From Takakia lepidozioides (Eukaryota; Plantae; Bryophyta), in the NCBI GenBank assembly GCA_030704615.1, contig CM060732.1, positions 66,092,001 through 66,156,000 on the forward strand: a stretch of DNA of 64,000 nt, written 5' to 3'. This document shows, piece after piece, positions 47,461-61,125 of this stretch. The position numbers and the translations under genes are program-made. The notes under the pieces were generated by a model. It was not told where the DNA came from, did no database searches, and was given only the letters and a program-made list of their open reading frames with translations. The first letter of the stretch is position 1. Each line of letters opens with the position of its first letter.

Positions 47461-49615
47461 CAACAACTTTTGAACATGACCTTATTACAACCGAGCCGCA
47501 TTCATGGGTAATAATTTTGCAGCCGCATGGGATCCACATTTGAGAGGACTATTACTCAAAGGCTTTTGGAAAACCCAAAACCTTCAAAGCTTATATTTCT
47601 TTTTTTTCCCTTTTCTGATCCTCTTAATTGTGACTCTTCATATCTCTTTTTTTTCCTTTATGGTTTCATAAAATCTTAATATATCATAACTGAAAATCAA
47701 GTTATATTGATAACGGTTGTATGGTTGTATGGACCCGTGGTGTTCCACTTGGATAATGGCATATTGATAACCGGCACTTTTTGGGATCCGTCTATTGATA
47801 ACCTCTAACCGCCACAATTTCCAAACCCCTACATTATATATAACTACCTCCATACTGCTTTAAGCAAAGATGTCTTACCAGGACCCTTCAATATGCCCAA
47901 ATTGTCATACCCGCCAAACATTGGTGTGGACCTACTAGACAAAAGAAGAGAGAATAAATGGACCGCAATCCACAGATAAACAATCGTCTTGCATGTTGTG
48001 ACAGATCCAAAATGTTGTTATTGGTATCAAATTGACACCCTGAAAACTGATGTCATCTCTGTTTCCTACAATCATCTTGATGCTGGAGTTCTATCCATAC
48101 TTCATCTCAAATACTGTCTAATATCCCTAGTGCTTCAGCAACGATTACCGAATACCTAGAAGAGACAAGAGAAGACAACACCTAGACTCGGAACTTGTTT
48201 GTCATTCATGGTAATGAGCACATGATACTATTGATTTGAAGACATTTGCGTACTTAGAAAAATTAGGCAACAAAGTGTTTAGTGAGCATAGTCGTGGCCA
48301 GAGTGATGGCTCCAATGCATAGAAAATTGACTTGGCCCTCTGTCAACGGTCGAACTAACCTTGGCTGCCGACCATCCCTTGAATTCCCCTAATTTAAAAA
48401 TGAACTAAACTGGCAACATCTCAGCGGTGCTGTGCTGCTTCATATAAGTTATGAGAGGTGGATGCATGGCCCATTAACACTCTGTTGACAAAATGTGGTA
48501 ACTACCTGCCCCAGGTATTTGGGATTTTGTGGAAGAGCTCAATCTCCAAATCCCTACAGATGTTTGCAAACATTTTCACCCAATCCTTTTTTAGTTTGCC
48601 TTTGAGATGCTAAAATCATAGATACATTCAAGTTTTGAAATCTGCGCCAGCCCCTACCGAAACAACAACGAAAGTAAGAGCATTGAAGAGAGAGAGAAGC
48701 GCAAGAGTAAGATTTAACCTAAAAAACTGTTTAAGTTTTGTACAACTTCATGTTTCAGGCTTCCAAATTTGAATTTGACTAACTAGAGAAATCCTTTTGA
48801 GAACCCTAAGTGACACTCATGACCATAACCAGCGTTTAGAGGCAAACTAGTCCAAAGGGGTGCTTGTTAGTAGGGTGGACTTTAACTAAATAACTGGCAG
48901 TTAACTGAGGACGCTAACGGATGGGGCCTTGGAACTTTTGAATATGGAAGGCCGAAAGTTCCTCGCTCTCTTTTGGAGTCAAGGACGGATCGGTGCTGCA
49001 CTGTGGAAGAGGAAGACCGAGATAGCTTAGATCGCATGGCAAACTTGTCTGAGTTGCTTGCATGTTAGAAGAGCGAGGGAATCATCTGCATCGCAATCAA
49101 ACATTCCACAAATCCGAAACAGCTTGGCTTGGTCTGATGCCTCCCCGCTTACAAACTTTGAAGCAAGAATGTAGATCTTGGGGATTGGGGACCTTTCTTT
49201 GTCGTGAAATTTTGACCTCAGATACCAGCAATACTAGCACCGAAGTGAATTTGGTTGAGCAATGGCAAGCTGATTTGATTTGATTTGATGCAGCCGTGGG
49301 CTCCAGCTGGGGGGAGGAGCTCATAACCACTTGGCCAATCGTTTGAGATTCCCATTTCTTTTTGAACTGTGGGCGAGATGCATGCATGTATGCGGGGCCA
49401 CACATTTGAACGTAGTGTACGGCAAGTTTCTAGTTGCTAGGGTTTTCGCTGGGCTGGCAGGAGAATTTGACAATACTAGTCCTCAATGAGTTGTTTGTTT
49501 TGTATTCTCTCAGGCGGGGGCAATTGGCGGTGATTTGTCAGAGAGCATGAAGCGATTGATCTGCGAGTGAGTCGCTTTTGTCCTTCTATTCTCTGTATGT
49601 AGCGGGGGTGCAAGT

Positions 49616-52600
49616 ATGGACGAAGCTGAACCTGAAGCTGAATCCATGCAAGGCGGCCTCAATTACTCGCCCTGGGTTTCAGTATTCAATCTGTGCAATG
49701 CTGCCATTGGCGCTGGAGTCCTTTCCTTCCCTTACGCGTTCAGGTCAAATTCCTGGGCCCTTAGTGACGGGAACGGAAGGGAATGAAGAGTGAGGATGTG
49801 AGAGTCGACTTGGCTACACCAGGGGAGGGTCCTAACTAGCTGTAGTACGCTCAATGTTGATCTTCAACACGTAGTTTGGGATTCTGAATCGGAAGGAACC
49901 CCTGAAGGAAGGTGGAAATTCGAAATCACATATACGTTCTTTTGTTGCTCATGCCTTCCTCGTGCTTGAACTTTGGTGCGGTGTTCCTTTGATCATCCTG
50001 GAATTGAATCGCCTCGTTGGGAGGGTATGATCGTCTCTCACGTAATTGGCTGACTGTTTTTAATGGATCTTATTTCAATGTGTGTTGAGTAGGCAAACAG
50101 GTTTCTTCGGAGGTCTGTTCATCACTGGCCTGATTTGGGTACTTGAAATTGGAGCGCTGTGTCTTCTTGTCCGGACTGCCGAGACTCACAAGAGCAAATC
50201 TTACCAGGTACTTGTTTCTCATCACGCAAGTGTGCTTGATTCTTAGGTGGTGAAGGGTCACTGAAACAAGGAGGCAGTTCTTTCAAAATATCCTTGGGTG
50301 TTAATGTGGATGGATGGTCTCCTTTGTCTGCCTGGGGTATATCATCACATGATTGAGGCTTTCCTTCCATAACTCTTTGTTCTTTATGGTGACTTTCCTT
50401 TCATCTTTACTTCTGAGTGGAACCCGGAGACAGTCAGATGGTATTGAAGAGGTGCACAATGTATGAAGACAATTCCATTCAGTCTTGAATTTGGCAACCC
50501 CACTTTACACAGATAGAGGAGGGTAGAAATGACATAGTTAGGCCTTCGCAAGCGCTTGATTGATCACCAGGGTTAATGGTGAGCCACATATGTAGCCCAG
50601 AAACCAGAACGATATTGCCTGGCATTGTTTTCCATTGCAACGCTTTACTTAGTTTTGTGTTTTACTGTCCTTCCGGCAGAATTGGAATTTGGTCATCCCA
50701 ATCCTTCTGACCTCTGAGACTGGTGCTGATTGCGGCCTTCTGTTGCTAGGAGCTAGTGGTGGCAACATTGGGACCCAGAATGGCTGTAGTGACAGCTGTA
50801 ACCATGCTTCTGTTCGTGGTTGGTGCCATGATCTCATATCTGATCATTACAGGTATGCTATGAATGCTGAAAGCAGCAAATGAGGACAGACAACTGTGGG
50901 TTAGCTGATGGAACTGTCAAAGGGCAGGTGAGAGGGTGGAATAGAATGTACTCATAAGAGGTTGTTTACCGTAGTCTTGTGGCCATATACCCGAGGGAGG
51001 AATAGAGACTGTAAAAAGGGGGAGGATCTAGATGATGAGTTGAAATACTGCCAATGAGTAATCACCTTGTACCTGTCGATCAGTAACAACCCCTTCTGTT
51101 GTACATGTAATGCTGCACACCAAAAGTTTGTCACCCTTAGGCATGAATAGGATTCAAATGAGCAGTTGGTGGTCTTCAAATCTATATATGTCTCTCCTTT
51201 TGATTTTTCCTCCCGACATTGTGTTGGATCTGTATCTGAAACACTGTTGACAGTTGGTTCTTCTGCTGTGGGACTCCAGGAGATGTCTTTCAGCCTCTCT
51301 TTCAGAATTGGTTTGGGGAAGACAGTTTCCTGGCTGATCGCAGGTACTTGTTGTTTTCACATAGGTGCAGAATGTGATTAAGGACTTCGCTTGTATCATC
51401 ATTGAATCTTATGAAAGGGCACGAAGCTTTTAGTATGATAGCTGCTATATAGTGCTAGTCACACAACCAACAGACAGCGGGTTTCTCAAGCTTAACCAAT
51501 GGCTTAAAAGAGGTGTGGTTTCTTTTCTATGGAGGAGAGTGTCTTTACAACATCTGTTATCGGAGTGTAAGGATCAGGCTAGTGGAGCACATGAGGTCGT
51601 ATGCTGTTACATTGTTGAAACTGTGCTCCTTATGATGGAAATGAAATGAAATGATAGTTTATAACATCGTGGAAAGCTCAAACCCATGACCTTAAGGCTT
51701 AATGGAAAGGAAAGCTGACAGGCATATGACCATTGCCAGAACAATGAGCAATCGAACACTGATCTGACTCCTATTTGGTGTCCACAAAATTCATGATTAT
51801 TTTGCAAGTAACAAGGTGATTGTTGAGACTAGATACTACATTCACAACACACATGCAATTTAGAAGCCCGCTTTTGCTACACTGATGCAAATAATGATTT
51901 TCCAACCTGTCAATAATTGGTGCTGAGTTTTTGAGTGGGATTCCTTCACAGTTAAGTTTGGTCTATAGTAAAGAGAGTTTTTATGTGTGTGTGGATCAGA
52001 GTCGTCATAGCGCTGTTTGCAACAGTGGTGGTGTTGCCGCTTTCCTTGAAGAGAAGCTTGCGAGATTTGAAATGGACTAGCACGATCTCGGTACATTCTT
52101 TGAACCACAGAGGACAATAATAAGGACAGTTAACAAAACGTTTGAGGATGTTGCTGGGGTGTTTGTTTTATAACTTGTCAAAACACAAAGTTTTGGTGCA
52201 GTATTGAGGAGCATCTGGCAAGTTCAGTATGTCGAAAGTTTACAGCAAGGTACACTCTTGAATTGTGTTTTATTTACTTAAAAGAGTGGTTTGGCTACAA
52301 AAATTCTCTGATAGAAAAACAGCTGTCCATTTTCTTTCTCCCCTGCAGTTTATTGTCTTCACTGTGGGTGTTACATGGTGGTGTGATGCAGGTGATTATG
52401 CTCATGTATTTGACTGTCGCGTTGGGCACAATAGGAATTGCTCATCTGATGGATGAAGGCTTCCCACATCATGTAAGCTTTGTATCCTCATTCAGTTAGA
52501 AATTCAAAGCAAGTTTTCCTAGAACTCATATGACAACACCTATGGTGAGGATAGGCCATAATGACTTCCAGGATAACTTATCATTCAGTTTTTCCTTGTT

Positions 52601-54979
52601 AATCTGTGCTCTCTAAGCTGATGCTGGTGGCATCAAGTCATCTTTTGCCTCTACTGAAGTATGGCTTGGCAAGTTGCTTCAGTAAGGAAAGATTTGGGAA
52701 ATGAATTCAAGGTAACACGTGCTGTGTGGAGAAACCTACTAAGAGGGAAATTAATCTGATGCTGGTTAGGCTTTCATGTATCCAGGTGATCTTCTTCAAT
52801 GGAGGAATTCATGCCTTCATTGCCATTGACATTGTTGTTTTTGCATTCCAATGCCACATCCAGGTGAGACTTCAATTCGAGTCTTATTGTACATGTTTTG
52901 TGCTGAAGACAATAGGCCAGATCCAGGGTTGATAATGAGAATACCAGAAGTTGTAATTTGCAGAATTCAACTGGAATCTGTTGTCCACCCCAGAGGAGCA
53001 TCCTGAGAGTGACTGATACAATTTTCTGTAGACTTGTGCTTATGTCATCAAGCCTTCTGAAATATGTCAATTGACGGTTTGGGTACTTCTGAGACCCTGC
53101 TGGACAGCTTTTGTATCATCCATGACTAATTTTCCCCTAACTGATTGGGAGTTGTGATGTGGAGTGCGAAACAGGATGTAATATAGCCGTCTGAAGTGCT
53201 CGGTAGATCGTACAACTAGATTTGGTGCTATTCACGTTCTGTTTCAAGTTAGAAGCCCTGCTATGGCACACTTCCGTGCATGCCGTGCTACACAAATCAC
53301 TGAACATTTCTTGGACGATGACCACACTCAGGTGGTTCCCATTTTTGCTGAGCTGGCGGATGAGCCCTGGCCCTTCTTTTGGGAGAGGCACCACCCCCTG
53401 GAGGACCGCTTACTGCCGGTTCCTGCGGGCGTTACCAATACTGTAATGCCCTCCAAGAAGAGATCCAGCAGACTTCAGCGTATGGAGGCTGTTATTCTCA
53501 TCTCCATGACCCTATGCTTCATTTGCTACTGTCTGGTATGTAACATCTTCGACATCTCTCTTTTTTTCTTCTTCTCTTCCATAAGTTTGTATGCTTTCAA
53601 TTTAGGCTATGAATTTCTTCCTTCTCTTTTGTATGATTCTGTGAACACTGTGGCTAAATATACAGTGAAGCGGAATGTACTAGTGTTGAACCCTTGTGCT
53701 GATTAACACATCGAATCAGCTGTCTGTGTCAACAAATCCATCACTTTTCTCTGTAGAAGATGGAGGGTACCTTGGTGGTGAGATGGTATTTGTGTTCATG
53801 GCAGGTAGGGGTGTTTGGGTACCTGCTTTTTCCCGATGTGGAGAGTGATATTCTGAAGAGTTTTGGCAATAACAATCAATACATGAACTTCGCACGCATC
53901 GGCATGGCTGTGGTATTGTTACTCTCTCCCCTCCCTTTTGCACATTCTCTAGACACTTCTGGTAAGATGATCCATAGAAGCTTGGGTTATCTGTTTTCAA
54001 GTCATCACTTTTCCAATGTCTGGACTGGAGACTTGCTGGCTTGCCATAGGCTTGGTCTCATGAGTTGTCAAGTAGGGTTCCTTTCTCACTTGCACTAATG
54101 TGTTGTTGGACATTTGTCTATCATTCAGGTGTCTATGGTATGCTATCCTTTGAACAACTATCCTGCTCGATCCATACTGGATGATGCTTTGACACATGTA
54201 CTCAATGGGAGAATTCAGGGCTTTTCCTTAATCCGCAATATCCTGTTGACTCTTGTGCTGTTGGGATTTGCTCTGGGAACTGCCATATTGGTCACCAATC
54301 TTGGAACTGTATGTTTCCTTTTCTTCGCTGCCTCAACCCCATATAAAGGAATGATTTTTGTCGCTGGCAAATTCTCCTTATTGCATGTGTGGTTTGAACA
54401 ATTAATTGTACACTATTGTATGAGCTACTCCCTATGAAATCAAGTACACTCGGAAATGCGAAGTCATGGAGAAAATCCATGGCATATAGCTTCAGGTTGC
54501 AGGGTTGGGTGGGTGTTTTGGCATGGGTGTGAATCCAGCACTTCTAATCTACCTCATATAAGTTGGCTGTAACTCCACTACATTGTCCAGGGAGGCCTCA
54601 GAATGAGCAGGAGATTGATATCAGGAATACTGTCTAGGAGACGAGGAGGCGTGATTGCAGCAACAGACTCTGTCAATTTTAAATTTGTTAATAAGCAGAT
54701 AACTTGTGTGCAATCTGGCAGGTCTTTTCAATTGTCGGTTCCACTGGTGGGGTGATGGTGATGTTCATTATACCAGGGCTTTTACTGGGCTACAAAGGTG
54801 TCAACCATGATGGTCGAGAAGTTTATGGAGATAACGAAGCTCGTCTCTCACAAGAGAATATTGTCAATGCGAGGGAGCTGACTAAGTGGGTTAGAATTGT
54901 TGGTGGATTCTTTCTGGTAGGCATTGGTGGGCTCATTTTTGTTGCTACTGCTTATGTCACTGCAAGAGGCCTAGAGTAA
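49616..54979 (+). CDS. Amino acid transporter, Aa_trans/AAAP family (AVT6/SLC38-like)
   Basis: About 11 exons: SVFNLCNAAIGAGVLSFPYAFR (to 49743), ~50093-50207, ~50750-50852, ~51280-51343, ~52000-52091 (LPLSLKRSLRDLKWTS), ~52392-52472, ~52786-52863 (VFAFQCHIQ), ~53332-53535, ~53804-53911 (GVFGYLLF), ~54129-54308 (YPLNNYPAR), 54721-54979. A possible alternative start is at 49547. Confidence 0.9.
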
Positions 54980-54994
54980 TGGCAGAGTAATAGC

Positions 54995-55255
54995 ATAGAA
55001 TCCGGATATGTTCAATTTTCCACAGAATGAGAACTTTCATGCTCCTGTTCAGACTTCGTATTTCATAAGGATAGCCACTAAAGCTCAAGTGCAAGGACAA
55101 GCTTGACTATACTGAAGGCAATAGTATAGAGTCCGCGGATATGTTCAATTTTCCATAGAAGAGAACTTTCACAATTCTGTTCAGACTTCATGTTTCATTA
55201 CCATAGCCACTGAAGTTCAAGTGCAAGGTCAAGCTTTGATTATACTCAAGGCTAT
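54995..55255 (+). repeat. Tandem duplication, ~130-bp unit x2, just downstream of the transporter stop codon
   Basis: cggatatgttcaattttcca.agaa.gagaactttca...ctgttcagacttc...atagccact.aag.tcaagtgcaagg.caagctt occurs twice in succession. Confidence 0.85.
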
Positions 55256-56527
55256 ATTCATCCCATAGATTTTGAATTACAAAAATCAGATGGTCACCTT
55301 GATTTTGAATATGTCAACTTGGACGGCCACATATGCAAACATGCCTCTGAAAGGCAGACTGATAATGTCTTGAAATCACTACATGGGCACAATATCACAA
55401 AGTGGATGCAGAGTGCAGCCATCACTACTTCGGTTTGCTTCACCCCTTTGTAAAAAGGCTGAAGGAGAAGTGAGAAGTACGAGAATGGTTGGGGTTTGAA
55501 ATGCTGAGTGGGAGCTATCACAATATCCATTGTGCCCTTGAAACCTTGAAGGGGAATGGCACGGGGTCTACCCAGAATTTGTACTCATGACAAGGTGTTT
55601 TAGATGGTGTCGAAATAGATCCAAATGCTCTTCATAGTGGAACCTCACTGGGTGGAGAAATACTTGTTTGAAGGGTGAAAAGCTTTCAATAAGCCTGCAG
55701 CATCTAGCACACAGTTACATACTGTGCACCCAATTGCACAATCATATGGTCTTAAAATGCATTCATGAGGAGTGGGCTTCTTAGTGAGGGCCTTCGGAAG
55801 AGTAATTGATCATGAGTGTGGCCAAACAGTGCCTTAACACAAGGACCAACAAGCTTCACAATTAGGAGGTAAAGCTATGTGCGCGAGTTTGGTAGATTAA
55901 GGCTGCTGTCCATGTCAATTGTCTCATCCTGGCCATTACCAGCTACTACACAATACTTTTGTGTGCTACTTTGAAAGCTTTACTGTCCTATAGCAATAGC
56001 ATAAGCTGGTATGCTGAGCTGTGTCTGAACTGCCAAGGCATGTCTGGTGTGAGCTACTACACTACCTTTGTGTGAGCCACACCATGCATGCTACTATGTT
56101 ATTGTATGGAAAGCCAGTGGTTAACCTAGATCAAGTAGTTTGGGGTTGAAGGAAGGTTGACAGACTTACATGACACGATCCCGTTCCCAGGGGCTCTATC
56201 AGCATGAGTGGGGCCCAATCCATGCCAAGTTCGTGTCCGGATTGCACGTGGTGCCATAAAAGACGTCCCAGCGGACGCAGTCAGTAGAGATGTGCCTTTT
56301 TCTCACACACATCGCATGAAAACAATTTCCCCCCATCAGTGTGCAGTATCCCGATTCCTTGCTATCAACGCGCTCTCTCTCACAGGCCCCTTCATAAATT
56401 GACGTTCAGAAATATCTTGCGAACGAACTATCGTTGCAAGCACCTGTCCTCCCACACACACCTGCACAACTCTGGTCACGGTGTCCATCCTGTCACTCTA
56501 CTATTCTCTGCAGGTAGCCATAACACC

Positions 56528-59500
56528 ATGGGAACTGGTGGCGGGATTGGCCTGCTGCTCTTGAATGTTGGATATAACATCACGATTTCTCTCTAATTGG
56601 GTGTGGTTGTATTCTGGACTTGGCACCGAACATCCAGTAAGGATCTCCCACCCGGAAGCTATGGCTGGCCGTTGCTGGGCGAGACATTGACCTACATGGT
56701 TCAGATGAAGTCCCCCCTTGCCAACTTTGTGGACGAGCACAAGAAAAGGCGAGCCTTCGTTAAATCTATTTAGCTCTGCGCAAATAGATCTGACTCGGTG
56801 CAGAAGTATTAGAACTTAAGCTTAACAATTTCAACATATCTAGTGTGCATACTAGTGATTCGACATACTGATTGACAGGAACTGATCGCAGTACTTACTT
56901 AGACCAGCTGATGTGAGCTCAAGAAATTTGGTCTGTGTACGCAGATATGGAAAGCTGTTCAAGTCGTATCTATTTTTTGAGCCCACGGTGATCGCCACTG
57001 AAGTAGACACAGTGCGACTGATTGTGCAAAGAGAAGAAAAAAAGTTTCGAGTCAACTACCCATACAGCTTTTGGAGCCTCAGCGGTCCTTTGAATGGTCT
57101 CAACATTCATGGTGAAAAGTGGAAGCAGATGAGAAAGTTCATCATCGGCATGCTCAAGCCTGAGCTGATGAGGGATCGTGTGAACAGCATTGAGGATATT
57201 ACTCTCTCTTGTTTGAGTACGTGGGAAGGCCGCACTGTCTATGTCGAAGATGAGGCCAAGACCGTAAGTGTTGAAACCACTGCAGCCATATCCACTATGG
57301 AACTTCCCAGGCTCATCTAGCTCGTTAGATCATCCGTCCAGCGATCTGAATCTAGGCTTTCTGAATCTAGGCTTGCAAAGTGAAATGTACAACTTATTAC
57401 ATATATGCATGTACACATAGCAGAAAGTGTCCGCCAGACCCCCATTCCACTTGCTCCCACAACGACGATCCAGTTGTAATCATTTGCATTTGCAGATGTA
57501 ATGTAAGTGTCTAGACTTCAAAGACAAGATAAAGAGATGTTTTATCGAGAGTGTTGAGCCACGCATGGTGACCCAATGAACAGACCATAATTTATACTTC
57601 AAATTGTTAGCTCTCTCTTTCGAGATTTGTATTGAATCTGCTAGATGGGAGACAGAGGAATGATGTACCTGTAATGCGTGGGCACTGCTTGACTGCTGCA
57701 GCTCGCCTTCAATCTGACGGCATTGATTGTGTTGAACGTGCCTCCTGGTGACTTCAGTGACAAGATCAAGAAGGATTACTACCCACTCATCGCCGGCATG
57801 TTTACCCTCCCCATCGACCTCCCTTGGACTAGATATGGGAAAGCTGTGCGGGTATGCGTGCACTAGGTCACAACCTTCCTATGTTCTTGAAATTTCGATT
57901 CTTTTCAGGAACTTTACTAACAACTGATCCATCTGAGTGTGTATGTACTGCAGGCACGCGAGAGAGTAGTGAAGACGCTGGATGAGTACTTGGCATCGAG
58001 GGCAGTGAAGGACGACCCTTATGATCATTATTTGAAGTTTCTGAGAGAAACCACCCAGGATTCTCCACAGTTCATATATGAGCAATGTCGGGACTTTCTT
58101 ACAGGCCTGCTCTTTGCAGGCCACGACACTACAGCAGCCACCATGGTCTTTGCAGTGAAGTATGTAGGAGACAGCCCCAAGGTTCTGGCGGCATTACGGG
58201 TATGTACAAGCTAGGATGATCTCTGCGAAACTGAAATCGTCATTCAGTGTTGAAATGAGAGATCTATTGAATATATCTAAATATGCGCTCGATCGATGTA
58301 CAAATTGCCTGGAGACAGCTTTGGAAGATCACTGGAAGGATCCTTCACTAGTTATGCAATTGCAAATGTATGTAGAGACAAGAGTTAGCACCATCGATCG
58401 ATAAAGTTCTAGCCACACTCTCCACCCTCTGCCTGAGCAATAGGTCTGGTCGCTCGGAAACTTACGCATCATGTTTTCATGCTGAAACTTCAGGCAGAGC
58501 ACGAGAATGTTCGCAAGTCGAAGCAGCCTGGGGAAAGGCTCACATGGGACGACTGCAAAGGAATGACTTTCACCCAAAACGTATGGCTGGCAGCTCAAAT
58601 GCACACTTGTCAATCATAACTTAGCCGAGGCTGCTAACTTGGCTTCAATGATTCGTTTTTTGATATAGAGGTTTGGACCTGTTTTGGACAGGTCTGGAAT
58701 GCTACCAGACCCATGATATATAGAGCTCTATATGTGTTGTAGATCAAGATGGTATTTAAATGCATCTGACCGATTACAGCTTACCATGTGATGTGCATCT
58801 GGCCAGGTTATCACCGAGACCTTGCGGCTATGCAACGTTTCCAACACTGTCTTTCGAAAAGCTGTCGAGGATGTCGAAGTGGATGGTGTGTATCTGTCCC
58901 TCTCCCCCACCTCCTTTTCATACATGTCTGCACAGTTTCGCACCTGCATCTCTTTTTCGGACCTTTCTCTGCGAGTTCAGTGGTTGACCTATTAATCTGA
59001 GATTAATCTCCGCACTCAGGATATCACTGAAGTCAGAGATCAGGTTTGACGATCAGAGATGTCATATACATGCAAGCAGTACTTCAACATGATGCCTTAT
59101 GTATCGATCCACCATACACACAACTTTCTATATATGTACAGTTGAAGTTTCTAGATTGCACAGTATCCCACAAGGCGTCAGTGATCAACTGCACAAGTGC
59201 TGTAAAAGACTAGACACAAGCTCTTCAAGATTCTCCAGGACTGAAAGGGTTACAGTAATTTCAAAAGTTCTGCTTGTGTAATGTGCAAATGGTGGGATCA
59301 TATAGGGTACCTGATTCCCAAAGGCTGGTGTGTGATGCCTTATTTACGGTCCATACATTACGATCCCACAATCTATTCGGACCCTTGCAAGTTCAACCCA
59401 TGGCGCTACCAGGTTTGACAAATTGAACTCTGGCCTATCTTCCAGCCCCAATTTCAGCGACATTTCAATTAGGTCAAACCTCTTGCTGAAATTAATCATG

Positions 59501-61125
59501 GCTGTCTTCAGGAAAATTCTCTACACACGGCCACCACTAGAGAATCTTTCGAAGTTGAATCGTACGTTTTCAGGTTGCCTTGTTTGTTTTCTTGTTTGAT
59601 CTTGCTTTCATCTGTAGGAGAGGGGACTCCGGCTGCGGTCGACTCAAGTAAAAGCCACTTCAACTTTCAGCTACGCCCCTTTCTTGGGGGTGGACCCTAT
59701 GCCTTTTTCTGATAACCTGTTTTTCAAGAGCTTCATGTTTAGGGCTGTTTAGGGACGTTATCAGAAGTGAGTCAGTTCTTGCTGTAACAGCTAAGTGCTA
59801 ATTGATTCTTGCTATGTGCTCTGTCAGGAGGCAAATGGGACGAAGCTGCCTTTTTTTGGGTTTGGAGGTGGAGCACGATTGTGCCCCGGTGCGGACCTGG
59901 CTCGCGTTGAGATTTGCATCCTCCTTCACCACCTTGTAACCAAATTTGAGTAAGGCGTCACTACAATCTCATTCTTTCTACCCTACATCTATTAACGCCA
60001 TGTTATTCCTCTCACAGATTTACGCGACTATTCAGCTTTCTCTCTCTCATTCCTCACTTCCTCTTTGTTTATATCAAGTAGTGGTTGGTTGTGTCTATAC
60101 CAACTCTAGTCCCGAAGGCATGGTTTCGTACAGTGAAACATACCTATCCGACATGTAAAAAAGCTGTTTCTCTTAGAAAGGGGAACTTGCCAAGTCTTGG
60201 GAAGAAAATATGCTCAAGCACCTCTGTGCTTGGATTCCCCTCAAGCCCCTCATGCTCGGCCTCTCCCCCGTTTCTCCAAAATTTCACAGACAGGTACGTT
60301 TCCAACAGCACTTTCACCAAGCAGCGGCCCATAGTCTAAGAGAAATGAAATGGTATTTATTACGTCTGCGCGGAAAGCTCAAAGAGCTTATGGGACAAAA
60401 TGGAAAAGCAAGAGAGGAGACAAAACGTAAAAGCAGCTCAAAAGCAACTACTGCACAAGGGATTGCCTAAGGATGAAGGCCTCGTGCAGGTAAGCTGCCA
60501 AGCATTTCTGACCCAAAATGGAAGACTTCAGTGAGAGATTGAGTTCCACAGAATAGACAGTGGAATCTCCCACGGGATCTCATAATACAAAGGGCAATAA
60601 AAGAAGCGTTCTTCAGTTTCAAGAGGACACTTACAGGGGTGGAGCTGAAGATTTGAGAGAATACCACTAACCTGGTCAGTGCACAGGTTATCAAGGGTTC
60701 ATGAATGCGGGGGAGAGGGTAGACATCCTTCTTAGTTACCACGTTTAAGCGCCTGCAATCCACACAAAAAACGGGTGGATCCATCTTTCTTTCGGACCAG
60801 ACTAGGCCCGGAGAGATAGAAGGTTTGGTGACACCTGCATCTAACAGTTTCCTGATCTCCTCTTCAACAAGCCTACACTCCATGATAACACTTTCTCTAT
60901 AAGCATATTTGCTTTGATGGGCTTACCAAGTTCGGTTTAAGCATCATTCAGACTTGCAACAGATAATTTAGCTCTAGTCGAAATGGGAAGTTATCTAGTA
61001 GGAGAGAGTGACTGGAGACTCTGGACAAATGCAGGTGGGAGATGGAAGCAGCAGATGTTCCTTCATTTTTCCCTTTTCCAAGATTGAGCAAAAGACTTCC
61101 CATTCGAGTCAAGCCACTGAAGTGA
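56528..61125 (+). CDS. Cytochrome P450, CYP85 clan (CYP90/CYP720/CYP763-like); in-frame stop at codon 23, possibly a recent pseudogene
   Basis: Nine exons: 56528-56748 ([15 protein letters not shown]), 56945-57263, ~57702-57851, ~57954-58199 (I-helix LLFAGHDTT), ~58494-58580, ~58807-58885 (ETLR), ~59306-59412 (FNPWRY), ~59828-59949 (heme motif [10 protein letters not shown]), ~61034-61125. In-frame TAA at 56594-56596. Confidence 0.88.
60560..60890 (-). mobile_element. Ty3/Gypsy reverse-transcriptase remnant in the last P450 intron
   Basis: [16 protein letters not shown]...[22 protein letters not shown], the typical Gypsy RT N-terminal motifs; internally deleted. Confidence 0.8.
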
